Of a DNA stretch of 64,000 nucleotides, positions 19,259-30,756 are shown one piece after another. Origin of the DNA: Chthoniobacterales bacterium. Lineage in GTDB: Bacteria; Verrucomicrobiota; Verrucomicrobiia; Chthoniobacterales; Chthoniobacteraceae. The stretch's first letter is position 1. The number at the start of each line of letters is the position of its first letter. The stretch is taken from the NCBI GenBank assembly GCA_038207335.1, contig JBBQZX010000003.1, positions 1 through 64,000 on the forward strand, read 5' to 3'. Made by a program: the position numbers and the translations under genes. The notes beneath the pieces were generated by a model. The model saw only the letters and a program-made list of their open reading frames with translations. It did no database searches and had not been told where the DNA came from.

Positions 19259-21208
19259 ATGAGCCAATCGATCGAGTCGCATCTGAGTGAAAAGCGCGTC
19301 TTCAAGCCGGCGGCGGCATTTTCCAAAAAAGCGCGGGTGAGCAGTATGGCGCAGTATCGCGAGATGTGGGAGGAGTCGGTGAAGAAGCCGGAGAAGTTTT
19401 GGGCGCGCGAGGCGACGGAGCTTTTCTGGCAAAAGAAGTGGGGGAAGGTGCTGGAGTGGACTGCACCTTTCGCGAAGTGGTTCGTGGGCGGAAAGCTGAA
19501 TGTGTCGGAGAATTGTCTCGATCGGCATTTGATGACGGCGCGGAAGAACAAGGCGGCGATCATCTGGGAAGGGGAGCCGGGGGAGAAGCGGACGCTGACT
19601 TTCCAGCAACTGCATCGGGAGGTGTGCCGCTTTGGCAATGTGCTGAAGCGTAACAAGATCAAGAAGGGCGACTGCGTGCTGATTTATCTGCCGATGATCC
19701 CGGAGGCGGCGGTGGCGATGCTGGCGTGCGCGCGGATCGGGGCGACGCATTCGGTCGTGTTTGGGGGCTTTAGCGCGGAGTCGATCCGGGATCGCATAGC
19801 GGACTCGAAGGCCGTGATGGTGATCACGGCGGATGGCGGCTACCGACGCGGATCGGTCGTGCCTTTGAAGAAGAATGTGGACGACGCGCTGCGGGGCGAC
19901 GCGCAGACGGTGAAGCGCGTGATCGTGTATCGGCGGACGTCGGAGGACATCCACATCGAGCAGGGGCGTGATGTGTGGTGGCACCGCGAGATGGAGTACG
20001 TCGATGCGGTCTGCCCGGCGGAGGCGCTGGACAGCGAACATCCGCTTTTCATCCTCTACACGAGCGGCTCGACCGGGAAGCCAAAGGGCATCCTGCACAC
20101 GACGGGCGGCTACCTGCTGCAGGCCTACACGACTTGCAAATACATCTTCGATCTGCGCGATGAGGACGTTTACTGGTGCACGGCCGATGTCGGCTGGGTG
20201 ACCGGCCACAGTTACGTGGTGTATGGGCCGCTCGCAAATGGCGCGACTTCGCTGATGTATGAGGGCGCGCCAAATTGGCCCGAGAACGACCGCTTTTGGA
20301 AGATCATCGAGGAGTATGGCGTCACGGTTTTTTACACGGCGCCGACTGCGATCCGGGCGTTTATTCGGTGGGGCGACGAATGGGTGAAAAAGCACGATCT
20401 CAGCTCGCTGCGGCTGCTCGGGACGGTCGGGGAGCCGATTAACCCGGAGGCGTGGATGTGGTATCGCGATGTCATCGGCGGAGGGCGCTGCCCGATCGTC
20501 GATACGTGGTGGCAGACGGAGACGGGCGGCATTTTGATCTCGCCGCTGCCGGGCGCGACCCCCACCAAGCCGGGCTCCGCAACGCTGCCGTTCTTCGGAG
20601 TCGATCCGGCAATCGTCGGCGACGACGGGAAGGAAGTGCCCGACGGCGAGGGCGGCAAGCTCGTGATCCGCAAGCCGTGGCCGGGAATGCTGCGGACGAT
20701 TTTCGGCGACAAGGCGCGCTACAAAAAGACGTACTGGAGCGAGGTGAAAGGGTGCTACTTCGCGGGCGACGGCGCGCGGCGGGACAAGGACGGATATTTC
20801 TGGATCGTGGGGCGCATCGACGACGTGCTGAACGTCGCGGGGCACCGCCTCGGGACGAGTGAAGTGGAGAGCGCGCTGGTGTCGCACCCGACGGTCGCGG
20901 AGGCTGCGGTGGTCGGGCGGCCGGATGAGTTGAAGGGGCAGGGCGTCGTGTGCTTTGTGACTTTGAAGACGGGGCAGCACGGGTCGGCGGCGTTGCGCGA
21001 GGAGTTGAAAAAGCATGTCCGCACCGTGATCGGGCCGGTCGCGACGCCGGATGAAATCCGCTTCGCCGATTCGTTGCCGAAGACGCGCTCAGGGAAGATC
21101 ATGCGCCGGCTTCTGAAGGAAATCGCAAGTGGCAAAGCGGTGACCGGTGATGTCACGACGCTCGAGGATTTGTCGATCATCGCAAAGCTTTCGGCGAACT
21201 CCGAATAG
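19259..21208 (+). CDS. acs: Acetyl-CoA synthetase
   Basis: [32 protein letters not shown]. Confidence 0.98.
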   Translation: MSQSIESHLSEKRVFKPAAAFSKKARVSSMAQYREMWEESVKKPEKFWAREATELFWQKKWGKVLEWTAPFAKWFVGGKLNVSENCLDRHLMTARKNKAAIIWEGEPGEKRTLTFQQLHREVCRFGNVLKRNKIKKGDCVLIYLPMIPEAAVAMLACARIGATHSVVFGGFSAESIRDRIADSKAVMVITADGGYRRGSVVPLKKNVDDALRGDAQTVKRVIVYRRTSEDIHIEQGRDVWWHREMEYVDAVCPAEALDSEHPLFILYTSGSTGKPKGILHTTGGYLLQAYTTCKYIFDLRDEDVYWCTADVGWVTGHSYVVYGPLANGATSLMYEGAPNWPENDRFWKIIEEYGVTVFYTAPTAIRAFIRWGDEWVKKHDLSSLRLLGTVGEPINPEAWMWYRDVIGGGRCPIVDTWWQTETGGILISPLPGATPTKPGSATLPFFGVDPAIVGDDGKEVPDGEGGKLVIRKPWPGMLRTIFGDKARYKKTYWSEVKGCYFAGDGARRDKDGYFWIVGRIDDVLNVAGHRLGTSEVESALVSHPTVAEAAVVGRPDELKGQGVVCFVTLKTGQHGSAALREELKKHVRTVIGPVATPDEIRFADSLPKTRSGKIMRRLLKEIASGKAVTGDVTTLEDLSIIAKLSANSE

Positions 21209-21210
21209 AC

Positions 21211-22212
21211 GTGAACTACCTCGCGCCAGGCTACCGCGAGCTCCGCCGGAAATGCACCCGGCAGGCGATGCGCTGGCGTCTTGCATCGGAGCGAAAGCAG
21301 CTCGGGGCCGCGGAGGCGGAGCTGGGGTTGCTCGGGTGGCAGCAGGCGGATTTCGACGAGAAGACGCAGCGAGAGGTGGATCAAATCCAGAACTATGAGC
21401 GTGAGCAGGGAAGGCTCACGAATGAAAGCGCGGCGCTCGGGAAGGCGGTCCGTGATCTCCAGGAAAAGCGTGCGGAGGCGCGGCGGGTTTTCGAGGAGGC
21501 GAAGAAGAAACTGGTCGAGGAAATCCGCGTGTTGCGTGATCCGCTCGTGGCGACCGAGAAACAACTTGCCTCGATGCGAAAGCAGGAGCCGCAATACGAG
21601 AAGCGCATCCCGGAGCTCGACCGCGAGCTCCGCGACGTGGAGAAGCGCTACAAAGATTTGCTCGCGAGCGATCCGCAGAGCCGCGGACGTGACGATGTCG
21701 TGCAGTTGCGCGAGCGAGCCGTGGCGATCCCAAATCAGAAGGCCGATTTGCGCACTCAGCACATGCGCATCGCGAGCGAAATCAAGGACCTCGAGACGCG
21801 TGTCTCCCAAGACACCGCGCGCGTGGTGGAACTCGAAAAGGAACTCGCAGAACTCGAAGCAGGCTTCGCTGCCAGCGACCGAGAGCTCGCCGCCGAACTC
21901 AAAGTCCAAGAGCGCGAACGCGCGCGCATCGGCAAGGAAATCGACGGCCTCGAAGGCGCAAAAGCCAACCCCTACCAGCAAATCGGACGTGTCCTCGCCG
22001 ACAGCGGACTTGGGCCCGTGAACCAGCCACACGTCCTAGAAAAGGTGCAGCGTCACCGCCTCGGCGTGGAGCACTTCGAAGCCGACCTCGACGCCTCCCT
22101 CGCCGTCTCCGCGCAAAACGATACCACCCTCGTACGCACCTCCTATCTCGTCTGGTCAGCGATGGTGATCGCCGTCCTGCTCATCGTCGGCGCGCTCCTG
22201 ACCCACTCCTAG
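21211..22212 (+). CDS. Coiled-coil protein with C-terminal TM anchor
   Basis: E/K/R-rich heptads over ~280 aa, hydrophobic tail; 2 bp after acs. Confidence 0.75.
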   Translation: MNYLAPGYRELRRKCTRQAMRWRLASERKQLGAAEAELGLLGWQQADFDEKTQREVDQIQNYEREQGRLTNESAALGKAVRDLQEKRAEARRVFEEAKKKLVEEIRVLRDPLVATEKQLASMRKQEPQYEKRIPELDRELRDVEKRYKDLLASDPQSRGRDDVVQLRERAVAIPNQKADLRTQHMRIASEIKDLETRVSQDTARVVELEKELAELEAGFAASDRELAAELKVQERERARIGKEIDGLEGAKANPYQQIGRVLADSGLGPVNQPHVLEKVQRHRLGVEHFEADLDASLAVSAQNDTTLVRTSYLVWSAMVIAVLLIVGALLTHS

Positions 22213-22252
22213 CGGTGCTTGCCCGCGCGGATTCGTGCGAACATAAAACCTC

Positions 22253-22711
22253 ATGAGCGAACCGACCGACCCGCCGCCCATTGCCTCGATCTTTGGAGGA
22301 AAATCAGCCGCTCGCCTCGCACTCGCGCTCCTCACTGGACTCGCCGTCGTCGCCGCATTCGGAGTCATCAATCGCCCGCGCTCCGCCGCGCTCGAGCAAT
22401 TTGGGGAACTTACCGCCGTCGGCGATCCGACCTATCTCACCTTACCCGAGTCCGCTCAAAAACCGCCGCCCGCCGCGGCGACTTGGGAAGGCAAACCGCT
22501 CTATCCGGTCAGCTACAAAAAGCTCGACCTCCGCGATACAAAAATGCTCCGCGCAGGCCGCGACGTCGCAACCGGCCTCACGATCTACCGCTCCCTCGAC
22601 CCCGTCCCTCCGCAGTCTGGCGAACGCGAGAAAAAAGGCGAGCCGATGCTTTTCCTAAAGCTCGCCCCAAACGCCTACATCAAAGTCCGCGCCACCACGC
22701 CGGGGATGTAA
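22253..22711 (+). CDS. Hypothetical membrane-anchored protein
   Basis: 152 aa, N-terminal hydrophobic helix, host-like codon use. Confidence 0.65.
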   Translation: MSEPTDPPPIASIFGGKSAARLALALLTGLAVVAAFGVINRPRSAALEQFGELTAVGDPTYLTLPESAQKPPPAAATWEGKPLYPVSYKKLDLRDTKMLRAGRDVATGLTIYRSLDPVPPQSGEREKKGEPMLFLKLAPNAYIKVRATTPGM

Positions 22712-22752
22712 TTGCGGGGTGATGCCGACAATGCAGCGAGCTTTACCGCCGG

Positions 22753-23044
22753 TCAAGCAGCCTGATGGCGAATCCAACGAACGACGCCCAAGGATCCGAA
22801 CAGAAGATTCATCCAGCTAACGACGTAAACGTAATGAGTATCACCGGATCGTGGGACGCCCTGTGTCACTGTGGAGGCGAATCCAAGAACAAATGATGGA
22901 ATTGCGCATGCTAGAGTCCGTCCCACGCTGCTTGGCGCTTGTGAAGCTAAGGATAAATGACAACGTTCCGAGAAAGCATATCCCACCCAGAATTAAAAGA
23001 AAGAGGCCGAAGATAACCAGCGTCCCCTGCGCCAAAATAATCAT
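22753..23044 (-). pseudogene. Possible frameshifted small membrane protein gene, AT-richer islet
   Basis: Hydrophobic ORF 22841-23044 and overlapping ORF 22753-22986 supply consecutive TM-like segments in different frames. Confidence 0.3.
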
Positions 23045-23075
23045 CCGTCAAGCTCTCCGCGAGGGGCTTCCGCCC

Positions 23076-23717
23076 TCACTTATCCTTGATCAGCCCTTCC
23101 TTTAGCAGCTTCTGCAACTTCGGACGAATTACGACGCTGCAATACGAGTTGCTTCCAGCGTTTTCGTTATAATAGTTTTGGTGGTAGTCCTCCGCCTTGT
23201 AGAAGGCGTCGAGCGGCGCGATTTGCGTTACGATCGGATCCTTAAACTCCGATTTCGCACCCGCTTTCGATTTTTCCGCCGCCTCTTTCTGCGCCTCGTT
23301 TTCGTAGAAAATCACCGATCGATATTGCGTCCCGGAATCGTGCCCCTGGCGGTTGAGCGTCGTCGGATCATGCGCCGCCCAGAAAACTTGCAGCAGCTTG
23401 CTGAACGAAATTTTCGCCGGATCGAACTCGATCTGCACGACCTCCGCGTGGCCGGTATCGCCTGTGCAGACTTGCTTGTAAGTCGGGTTCGGCACTGCGC
23501 CGCCTGCATAACCGGACGCCACGGATTTCACCCCATCGAGCCGCTGAAACACCGCCTCCATGCACCAGAAGCAGCCTCCGCCGAAAGTGATGCGTTGCGT
23601 TTCTCCAGAGGTTGGAGCGGGTTTATCGTGTTCTGCTTTCATCGGTTTTTTTTCTACAGCGATCACACTCGCGGCGAGGATTCCGAGGAGAGCGACGAGA
23701 GCGATCGAATATTTCAT
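23076..23717 (-). CDS. msrA: Peptide methionine sulfoxide reductase A, exported
   Basis: [32 protein letters not shown]; signal peptide. Confidence 0.96.
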   Translation of the reverse strand: MKYSIALVALLGILAASVIAVEKKPMKAEHDKPAPTSGETQRITFGGGCFWCMEAVFQRLDGVKSVASGYAGGAVPNPTYKQVCTGDTGHAEVVQIEFDPAKISFSKLLQVFWAAHDPTTLNRQGHDSGTQYRSVIFYENEAQKEAAEKSKAGAKSEFKDPIVTQIAPLDAFYKAEDYHQNYYNENAGSNSYCSVVIRPKLQKLLKEGLIKDK

Positions 23718-23871
23718 TTCGAGAAAATAGCCACGCCGCGCCGTGAAGCAAATGCGACGCCTTCGATGCGTCGGAATCCGGCCATCAAAATATCGCCGCG
23801 AGCTTTTCCATTGAACGAGCTATGCGGTTCCGCTAGGAGGCTCACGGTTTTCGGATCACCCAGAAAAATTT

Positions 23872-24675
23872 ATGCAGAAGCTCGCATCTTTTTCGCTCGT
23901 CCTCTGTCTCGCGCTCGGCGGCTGTCAGGCTTTCAAGCGCTCGGACACATGGTCCACCGTGACTAAGCTGCGCGTCGATGCGCCCGCCACAAGCGACCCA
24001 TCCGAAGCCTACGCCGAGCAGCTCCACGGCGTGCTGCTGCGCGACGGCGTGCCGCACCGCGTCGTCAGCTACAGCTACACGAGCAGCCAGCGGTTTCAGC
24101 AGGGCGCCGGCTCGCGCAGCGCAGTGGTTTACGAAGATCACACCTCTCCCGGCTCTCCATATTGGCTCGCCGATTCAGAGCTCGCCCGCCCCGTCTGGCT
24201 CCCTGACTCCGACCTCGAGACGCAGCTCAAATTCTATGCGCGCAGTCGGGCCGCGGACGTTATCTCGAGCACGGAATATCTCACGAATTCCTCCGCCAAA
24301 GACGCGCATCCAGTCGCCGCGCACCGCGTCGAACAGCTCGAACCGCACCCTGCCGCCATCTCCCACATCAAGCCTGCGGACGCGCCGCGTGACACGGCCC
24401 GCCCGTCTCCGCTCTCGCCAGTCGTCTCGGTTGTCACCTATCCCGTCCGCTACGTCATCGAGCACTTCCCCGGCCATCGCGAACCGGAATGCGCTAGTGC
24501 CCCGCCGGACTGCGAGAAGTCACTCCCGGAGGCACATCACTCGCAGGGCCATGAATCCCCGCAACAGAAGACCGACACCGAGATTTTCCGCGAAAAACAC
24601 GGCTCAAAATACAATCCGAAAAGCGCCGCTGACCGGCGCAAGATGGAGAAGATCAAAAACTTGGCCCATCGCTGA
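23872..24675 (+). CDS. Hypothetical lipoprotein
   Basis: Lipobox LGGC after a hydrophobic stretch. Confidence 0.7.
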   Translation: MQKLASFSLVLCLALGGCQAFKRSDTWSTVTKLRVDAPATSDPSEAYAEQLHGVLLRDGVPHRVVSYSYTSSQRFQQGAGSRSAVVYEDHTSPGSPYWLADSELARPVWLPDSDLETQLKFYARSRAADVISSTEYLTNSSAKDAHPVAAHRVEQLEPHPAAISHIKPADAPRDTARPSPLSPVVSVVTYPVRYVIEHFPGHREPECASAPPDCEKSLPEAHHSQGHESPQQKTDTEIFREKHGSKYNPKSAADRRKMEKIKNLAHR

Positions 24676-24763
24676 GTTCATTGCGTTTCCCGATTGCGGG
24701 GACGTGATTTTCGGGTGAAGTGCGCGCCGCCAATCGGGCGCGCGCATTTTCAACACCTCGCAC

Positions 24764-26413
24764 ATGCAGACCATCGTCATCGGCCACCGGAATCCCGACA
24801 TGGATTCCATCTGCTCGGCAGCCGCTTACGCGGAATTCAAGCGCCTCACCGGCCACGAAAACGTCATCGCCGCGCGCGCCGGTAACACGAACAAACGCAT
24901 CGACTTCGTCCTCGCGCGTTTCGGCGTCGAGGCCCCCGCGCTCATCAACGACCTCTCCCCGCGCGTTGCCGATGTGATGCAGTCGCGCGTCATCTCCGTC
25001 CGCGCCGACTCGCCCGTGTACGACGCCATCCAGCTCATCGACCAAAAGCGCCTGCGCGGCCTTCCCGTCGTCGATGAAAGCAACCGCTGCCTCGGCCTGC
25101 TCTCGGCTTTCAAGATTAGCCATCACCTTTTCCCCCCGCGCGAAGAAGCCGCCACCGCGCGCCTCATCACCGCGTCGCTCGCGGACATCGTTACCACATT
25201 TGGCGGCGCGCTCGTCACCGGCTCGCTCTCACAGGAAACCGCCGAGCAGCTCCTCATGGTCGGCGCGATGGCGCGCGAGTCCTTCCGCACACGCCTCCAG
25301 CGTTACAAAGACAAGCGCGTCCTGCTCTTCGTCGGCGACCGCCCGCACATCCACGAGCTCGCCATTTTGGAAAATGTCCACGCCATCGTCGTCACCGGCG
25401 GCTTCCCGATTCCCGAGGACATCCGCGCGGCCGCGCGCGCCGCGAAAATCACCGTCATCAGCTCCCCGTACGACACCGCCACCACCGTCCTCCTGGCCCG
25501 CGGCGCAGTCCGCGTCGGCAGCATGATCGAGGCCGAATACATCAGCTTTCACCGCGACACCCTCCTCGACCACGCGCGCCGCATCGCCGCCGACTCTGCC
25601 GCATTCGTCTTCCCCGTCCTCGACGACGACGGCGCGCTCGTCGGCATCCTGTCAAAGTCCGACTTTCTCAAAGAAATCCCGCGCCAGCTCATCCTCGTCG
25701 ATCACAACGAACTGACCCAATCCGTCCGAGGCGCGGATAAAGTGCCGATCGTCGAGATCCTCGATCATCATAAAATCGGCGGCTTCTCCAGCGACTCGCC
25801 GATCCTTTTTTGGAACAACCCCGTAGGCTCCACGAGCAGCATCGTCGCCATGTGCTTCAGCCAGGCCGGCGTCCCAATCCCCAAGCCCATCGCCGGACTC
25901 CTCATGGCCGGACTCATCGCCGACACACTCAATCTCACTTCGCCCACCGCCACCGCCGCCGATCGCACCATCCTCGCGCATCTCGCCAGCATCGCGGAAT
26001 GCGACCCCGCGCAGCTCGCCGAGCAAATCTTTTCCGTCGGCTCCCCGCTCCTCACTCTCACGCCCGACGAGGCGATCAACGCCGACTCCAAGCTCTACAC
26101 CGAGGCCGGCCACCGCTTCATCGTCGCGCAAATCGAAGAACTCACCTTCGCCCATTTTCCCGAGAAAAAAGACGCGCTCATCGCCTCACTCGCCGCGCAG
26201 CTCCAGCGCGAAAATCTTCTCTTCACCGCGCTCCTCGTTACCGACATCAACGACCAAAGCTCCCTCCTGCTTGTCCGCGGCAGCGACGCCTTCCTGCGCA
26301 CCCTCGACTACCCGCTTCACGCCCCAAACATCTGGTCGCTCCCCGGAGTCGTCTCGAGAAAAAAGCAGCTTCTGCCCTACCTCTTGCATTGCTTGGAAAA
26401 AGTAGAGCCGTAG
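24764..26413 (+). CDS. ppaC: Mn-dependent family II inorganic pyrophosphatase with CBS/DRTGG insert
   Basis: GHRNPDMDS, LVDHNE, ILDHH, VGSTS, VVSRKKQ; CBS pair with DRTGG-like VGDR...VTGG. Confidence 0.93.
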   Translation: MQTIVIGHRNPDMDSICSAAAYAEFKRLTGHENVIAARAGNTNKRIDFVLARFGVEAPALINDLSPRVADVMQSRVISVRADSPVYDAIQLIDQKRLRGLPVVDESNRCLGLLSAFKISHHLFPPREEAATARLITASLADIVTTFGGALVTGSLSQETAEQLLMVGAMARESFRTRLQRYKDKRVLLFVGDRPHIHELAILENVHAIVVTGGFPIPEDIRAAARAAKITVISSPYDTATTVLLARGAVRVGSMIEAEYISFHRDTLLDHARRIAADSAAFVFPVLDDDGALVGILSKSDFLKEIPRQLILVDHNELTQSVRGADKVPIVEILDHHKIGGFSSDSPILFWNNPVGSTSSIVAMCFSQAGVPIPKPIAGLLMAGLIADTLNLTSPTATAADRTILAHLASIAECDPAQLAEQIFSVGSPLLTLTPDEAINADSKLYTEAGHRFIVAQIEELTFAHFPEKKDALIASLAAQLQRENLLFTALLVTDINDQSSLLLVRGSDAFLRTLDYPLHAPNIWSLPGVVSRKKQLLPYLLHCLEKVEP

Positions 26414-26425
26414 GGAATCGGCGCA

Positions 26426-26484
26426 CTGGAGGGCACCGCGCCGTCCGTGCCAGGACTCGGAAGCGACGGCGCGCTTCCCTCCAG
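26426..26484. repeat. REP-like inverted repeat between convergent genes
   Basis: CTGGAGGGCACCGCGCCGTC ... GACGGCGCGCTTCCCTCCAG. Confidence 0.65.
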
Positions 26485-26513
26485 CGGTCGGGACGAGGAC
26501 GAGGACGACCGCC

Positions 26514-27935
26514 TTACCGCAACTCCACCATCCCCACCGCGCCCGCCACTCCCGTCCGTCCCACTCCTCGCACCGCCACCGCATCCAATCCTTCCGTCCC
26601 CACCGCCTGCTCTCCGCTCGGCGCCAGTCGCGACGTCCACTCACCGCCCCGCCGCGTCTGAATCAGCCACCAGCGGGCCTCCCCAGCCCACGACACCTTT
26701 TTCCCGCTCACCGAAAAGGTCGGTTTTTCCACCTCTCCCACGCCGAGCCACGGCGACGCTGGCACCAGCGCGAGCTGCGAATACAGCCCCGCGCGGAGCA
26801 AATCCGAAATGCCGCCGATGTTCTTCGTAAGACTCTTCGCGCTCCAGTGGATCGACCCTGGGCCGCCATCCTTGCGCGTCAGCAAAATCTGATTCGCGAT
26901 CTCCTGCGCGCTCCGCGTCGCTCCGATGCGTTCCGTCGCCACGCCCGGCCACAGATGCCGATGCGCGAGATTTTCACCCCGCCACCAATCCAGGAGTACG
27001 GGAAAGCTCTGCATCGCTGGCGAGATGCTCCAGTACAGCTGCGGCGAAAAATAGTCGCACCATCCCTCGTTCAGCCACCGCTTCGAGTCTGCGAAAAGCT
27101 GTCCATATGAATCCAGCCCCGCCTCGATCGATGCCGGCACGCGCGGCCTCCAAATCCCAAACGGACTGATCCCAAATTTCACCCACCGCTTCTCCGCCTT
27201 GATCCCGCGATAAAGCTGCTGCACGAACCCGTCGATATTTGCCCGCCGCCAATCGTCGCGCCCGGCGATCGCGCCGGTAAAACTCGCTCCATCCGGAAAC
27301 GCCAGATTTCCGCCGGACGCCGACTTGATCGGATACGGGTAAAAATAATCGTCGATGTGAATCCCATCGACATCGTATCGGCGCACCACATCGAGGATCA
27401 CTTCCCGCGAATAATCGCGCGCCGCCGCATCGCCCGGATCGAGCCAGAGCTGCTTCCCGTATCGCCGAATCCATTCGGGATGCCGCTTGGACACATGATC
27501 CGCGGAAACCGGCCAGTCCGAATTTGCGAGCGCGCGAAACGGATTGAACCAAGCGTGCAACTCCAGTCCTCGCGCGTGAGCCTCGCGAACCGCGAACTCC
27601 AGCGGATCATAAAACGGCTCCGGCTCGCGCCCCATTTTGCCCGTCAGAAACGCGGACCACGGCTCCCGTTTCGAGGCGTAAAGCGCATCACACTGCGGCC
27701 GCACTTGCAGCACGATCGCATTGAGTTTGAGCGCCACCGCGCGATCCAAAAGCGTGCGCAGCTCCGCCTGCTGCGCGGCGGTGGAAAGCCCCGGCTTCGA
27801 CGGCCAGTCCAAATTGTAAACGCTCGCCACCCAGGCCCCGCGAAACTCGCGCCTGGGCTCTGGTGGCTGATCCGCAGCCGATGCAAAAAAAAACGAGGAC
27901 AGGAAAAGTGCGAGCAGGGTGAAACGAAATGCCAT
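26514..27935 (-). CDS. Glycoside hydrolase-like 10 (YddW/DUF187 family), exported
   Basis: REFRGAWVASVYNLDWPS, HAWFNPFR, YDVDGIHIDDYFYPY, FGISPFGIW, PQLYW. Confidence 0.9.
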   Translation of the reverse strand: MAFRFTLLALFLSSFFFASAADQPPEPRREFRGAWVASVYNLDWPSKPGLSTAAQQAELRTLLDRAVALKLNAIVLQVRPQCDALYASKREPWSAFLTGKMGREPEPFYDPLEFAVREAHARGLELHAWFNPFRALANSDWPVSADHVSKRHPEWIRRYGKQLWLDPGDAAARDYSREVILDVVRRYDVDGIHIDDYFYPYPIKSASGGNLAFPDGASFTGAIAGRDDWRRANIDGFVQQLYRGIKAEKRWVKFGISPFGIWRPRVPASIEAGLDSYGQLFADSKRWLNEGWCDYFSPQLYWSISPAMQSFPVLLDWWRGENLAHRHLWPGVATERIGATRSAQEIANQILLTRKDGGPGSIHWSAKSLTKNIGGISDLLRAGLYSQLALVPASPWLGVGEVEKPTFSVSGKKVSWAGEARWWLIQTRRGGEWTSRLAPSGEQAVGTEGLDAVAVRGVGRTGVAGAVGMVELR

Positions 27936-27985
27936 GGTGGGAGTGCGTTGACTGTATCCGCCGCGCGACGACTTTGCACTCCCAC

Positions 27986-30724
27986 ATGCCCGCCGCGCGA
28001 CCTCGCTCCATCGTCTTTGATTGGTTCCGCGCAAAATATGGCAGCCCTACGCCCGCTCAGCGGGCCGCATGGCCGCTCATCCGCGACGGCAGGAATGTGC
28101 TCATCGCATCGCCCACCGGCACTGGCAAAACCTTCGCCGCATTCCTCTCCGTGCTCGACGCACTCGCCGCCGACTACGCGCGCGGCGCGCTCGAAAATTC
28201 CATCCAATGCATCTACGTCTCGCCCCTCCGCGCGCTCGGATACGACCTCGAGAAAAACCTTGCGAATCCTTTGCAGGAGCTGTTCGGCGAGCGACCGCCA
28301 ATCCGCGTCGAGCTCCGCACGGGCGACACGACATCATCGCAGCGGCAGCGCCAATTCACCAAGCCACCGCACATCCTGCTCACCACGCCTGAGAGCCTGT
28401 GCGTCATGCTCAGCCAAGAAAAATGGCTCCCGCTCCTCGCCACCGTCCGCTGGCTCATCGTCGATGAAATCCACGCCCTCGCCGACAACAAGCGCGGTGC
28501 GCACCTGTCCCTCAGCATCGAGCGCCTTGCGGCTCTCCGCGGAGGCGTCGCGTTCCCAGAGGATCGCCCGCTCCAGCGCATCGGCCTCTCCGCCACGATC
28601 GCGCCGCTTTCCGAAGTCGCCCGCTTCCTCACCGGCACCCACGGCGAATGCGAGATCGTCGATGTCTCCACCAAGAAACGCATCGAACTCAGCGTCCACA
28701 CACCGCTGAGAAAAAACCCGTATCCCGAAGCCGGATACACCGGCCAGCGCCTCATCCGCGAGCTCAGCGACCTCATCAAAAAGCACCAGACCACGCTCAT
28801 CTTCAGCAACGTCCGATCCGGAGCGGAAGCTGTGACTTACTGGCTTCGCGAGCAGTTGCCGGATCTCGCCGACCAGATCGAATGCCACCACGGCTCGCTT
28901 GAGCGCGACATCCGCCGCGAAGTCGAAGACCGCCTCAAACGCGGCGAACTCCGCGCCGTCGTCTGCTCCACCAGCCTCGAACTCGGCATCGACATCGGCT
29001 CCGTCGAACTCGTCGTGATGATGTCCACGCCGAAAGGCGTCAGCAAAGCGCTCCAGCGCGCCGGTCGCGCCGGCCACAACATCCACTCGATCAGCCGCGG
29101 CATCCTCATGGCGACAAACGTGAGCGACCTTGTCGAGGCGTGCGCCACCGTGCTGCTCGCGCGCACCCGCCACCTCGAGGAGGTCCGCATTCCGCACGTC
29201 CCGCTCGATGTCCTCGCACAACACATCGTGAGCATGGGCTGCACGCGCGAGTGGCCGCGAGATCAAGCACTGGAGCTGATCCGCGAGGCATACCCATTCC
29301 GCGACATGACCCGTGAGGAGTTCAACGACGTGCTCGATTACCTCGCCGGCGGAGGCCGTTCGCTGCGCCAGCAATACACCGAGGTCTTCGGCAAAATCGA
29401 ACTCGACGACGAAGTTTTTCGCACTCGCGAGGGCCGAGTCCGGCGCGATTTTTTACAAAACATCGGTGTCATCCCGAATGTCGGCTCCGTGCGAGTGCGC
29501 GCAAAAACCCGCGTGCTCGGCAGCGTCGAGGAAATGTTCATCCGGCAGATTCGGATCGGCGACGTTTTCATGATGAGCGGGCGCCCGGTGCGCCTCGACA
29601 AAGTCACGCAAATGGATGCGTGGGTCACTGCCGCGCCCGGCGCGCTGCCGACCGTCCCGCGCTGGAACGCCGCCAAGATGGCGCTCTCTAACCGCGTTGC
29701 GCAGGAGATCGTCGCCTTCCGCAGCGAGCTGCGCGAGCGGCTCGATGCGTTGGAATTCCATCGGGCCAACCTCCCGGACGATGCGCCGCCCACGATCTTT
29801 TCTCCAACCGGTGCGACCCGCACCCGCAGCGGAGCGCGATGGGCGCGGCCTGCGAAACCTTCCGAAGCTTCCGAGCGAATCTCCGCCGCGCTCGCAAATG
29901 GCTTCAACCATCCGAGCGCCGAAGCGATGCGAATTTGGATCGCTTCGCGGCTTGATTGCGGAGCCGCAAACGCGGGGATCATGTGGCGAACTCACGTCGC
30001 GCAGCACTTGCTCTCAGAAATCCCGACCGCCGATTTTTTGCTCGTCGAGGAATTGCGAGAGACCGATGCGCGCTCCGACCAGCGCGCGCCGGAAAACGCA
30101 GTTCACTACTTTTTCCATTCACTCATCGGCCGGGCTGCGAACGACGCGCTCGCTCGCGTCGTCACCTTTCGTCTGAGCCAGATCCACGGCGGAAATGCCA
30201 TCGCCACGCCGCACGATTACGGCTTCGTTCTCACCGTTGCCGCGAGCCAACGATTTACAGAAACCGAGCTGCCCGCGTTGCTGCGCCTGCCTGGGTTCGA
30301 AAGCGAACTCGAGGCCTCGCTCGCGCAATCCGAACTGCTGAAATACCATTTCCGCAACGCCGCGCAGACGGGCCTCATGGTCTATCGAAACCATTTCGAT
30401 CGGCACAAAACCGTGCGAAAACTCGCGTGGTCGAGCGAGGTGATTTTCAACGTCCTGCAACAGCACGAGCCCGACCATGTCCTTCTCCGCGAAGCCCGCC
30501 GCGACACATTCCGCGGCTTTCTCGATGTCGAAGGCGCGCTCACATTTCTACACGAGCAGACCACCCGTCCGCTGCGCCTGCGCCGTGTAGATCGCGTGCC
30601 TCCGCTCTCCTTCGCGATGTATGCCACAAAAATCAAAGAAGCCCTGCTCGTCGAGGACCCGTATGAAACGATGGAGCGCCTCTACCACAAATGGTGGGGT
30701 GAAATTGAAGGGGGAGCGGGATGA
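27986..30724 (+). CDS. lhr: Lhr-like DEXH-box helicase (ligase-associated DNA damage response type)
   Basis: SPTGTGKT, SPLRAL, TTPESL, DEIH, GLSAT, HHGSL, SLELGID, QRAGRAGH. Confidence 0.9.
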   Translation: MPAARPRSIVFDWFRAKYGSPTPAQRAAWPLIRDGRNVLIASPTGTGKTFAAFLSVLDALAADYARGALENSIQCIYVSPLRALGYDLEKNLANPLQELFGERPPIRVELRTGDTTSSQRQRQFTKPPHILLTTPESLCVMLSQEKWLPLLATVRWLIVDEIHALADNKRGAHLSLSIERLAALRGGVAFPEDRPLQRIGLSATIAPLSEVARFLTGTHGECEIVDVSTKKRIELSVHTPLRKNPYPEAGYTGQRLIRELSDLIKKHQTTLIFSNVRSGAEAVTYWLREQLPDLADQIECHHGSLERDIRREVEDRLKRGELRAVVCSTSLELGIDIGSVELVVMMSTPKGVSKALQRAGRAGHNIHSISRGILMATNVSDLVEACATVLLARTRHLEEVRIPHVPLDVLAQHIVSMGCTREWPRDQALELIREAYPFRDMTREEFNDVLDYLAGGGRSLRQQYTEVFGKIELDDEVFRTREGRVRRDFLQNIGVIPNVGSVRVRAKTRVLGSVEEMFIRQIRIGDVFMMSGRPVRLDKVTQMDAWVTAAPGALPTVPRWNAAKMALSNRVAQEIVAFRSELRERLDALEFHRANLPDDAPPTIFSPTGATRTRSGARWARPAKPSEASERISAALANGFNHPSAEAMRIWIASRLDCGAANAGIMWRTHVAQHLLSEIPTADFLLVEELRETDARSDQRAPENAVHYFFHSLIGRAANDALARVVTFRLSQIHGGNAIATPHDYGFVLTVAASQRFTETELPALLRLPGFESELEASLAQSELLKYHFRNAAQTGLMVYRNHFDRHKTVRKLAWSSEVIFNVLQQHEPDHVLLREARRDTFRGFLDVEGALTFLHEQTTRPLRLRRVDRVPPLSFAMYATKIKEALLVEDPYETMERLYHKWWGEIEGGAG

Positions 30725-30756
30725 CGGCGCCGTGCAATGCGAGCGACAGGGGTCCA

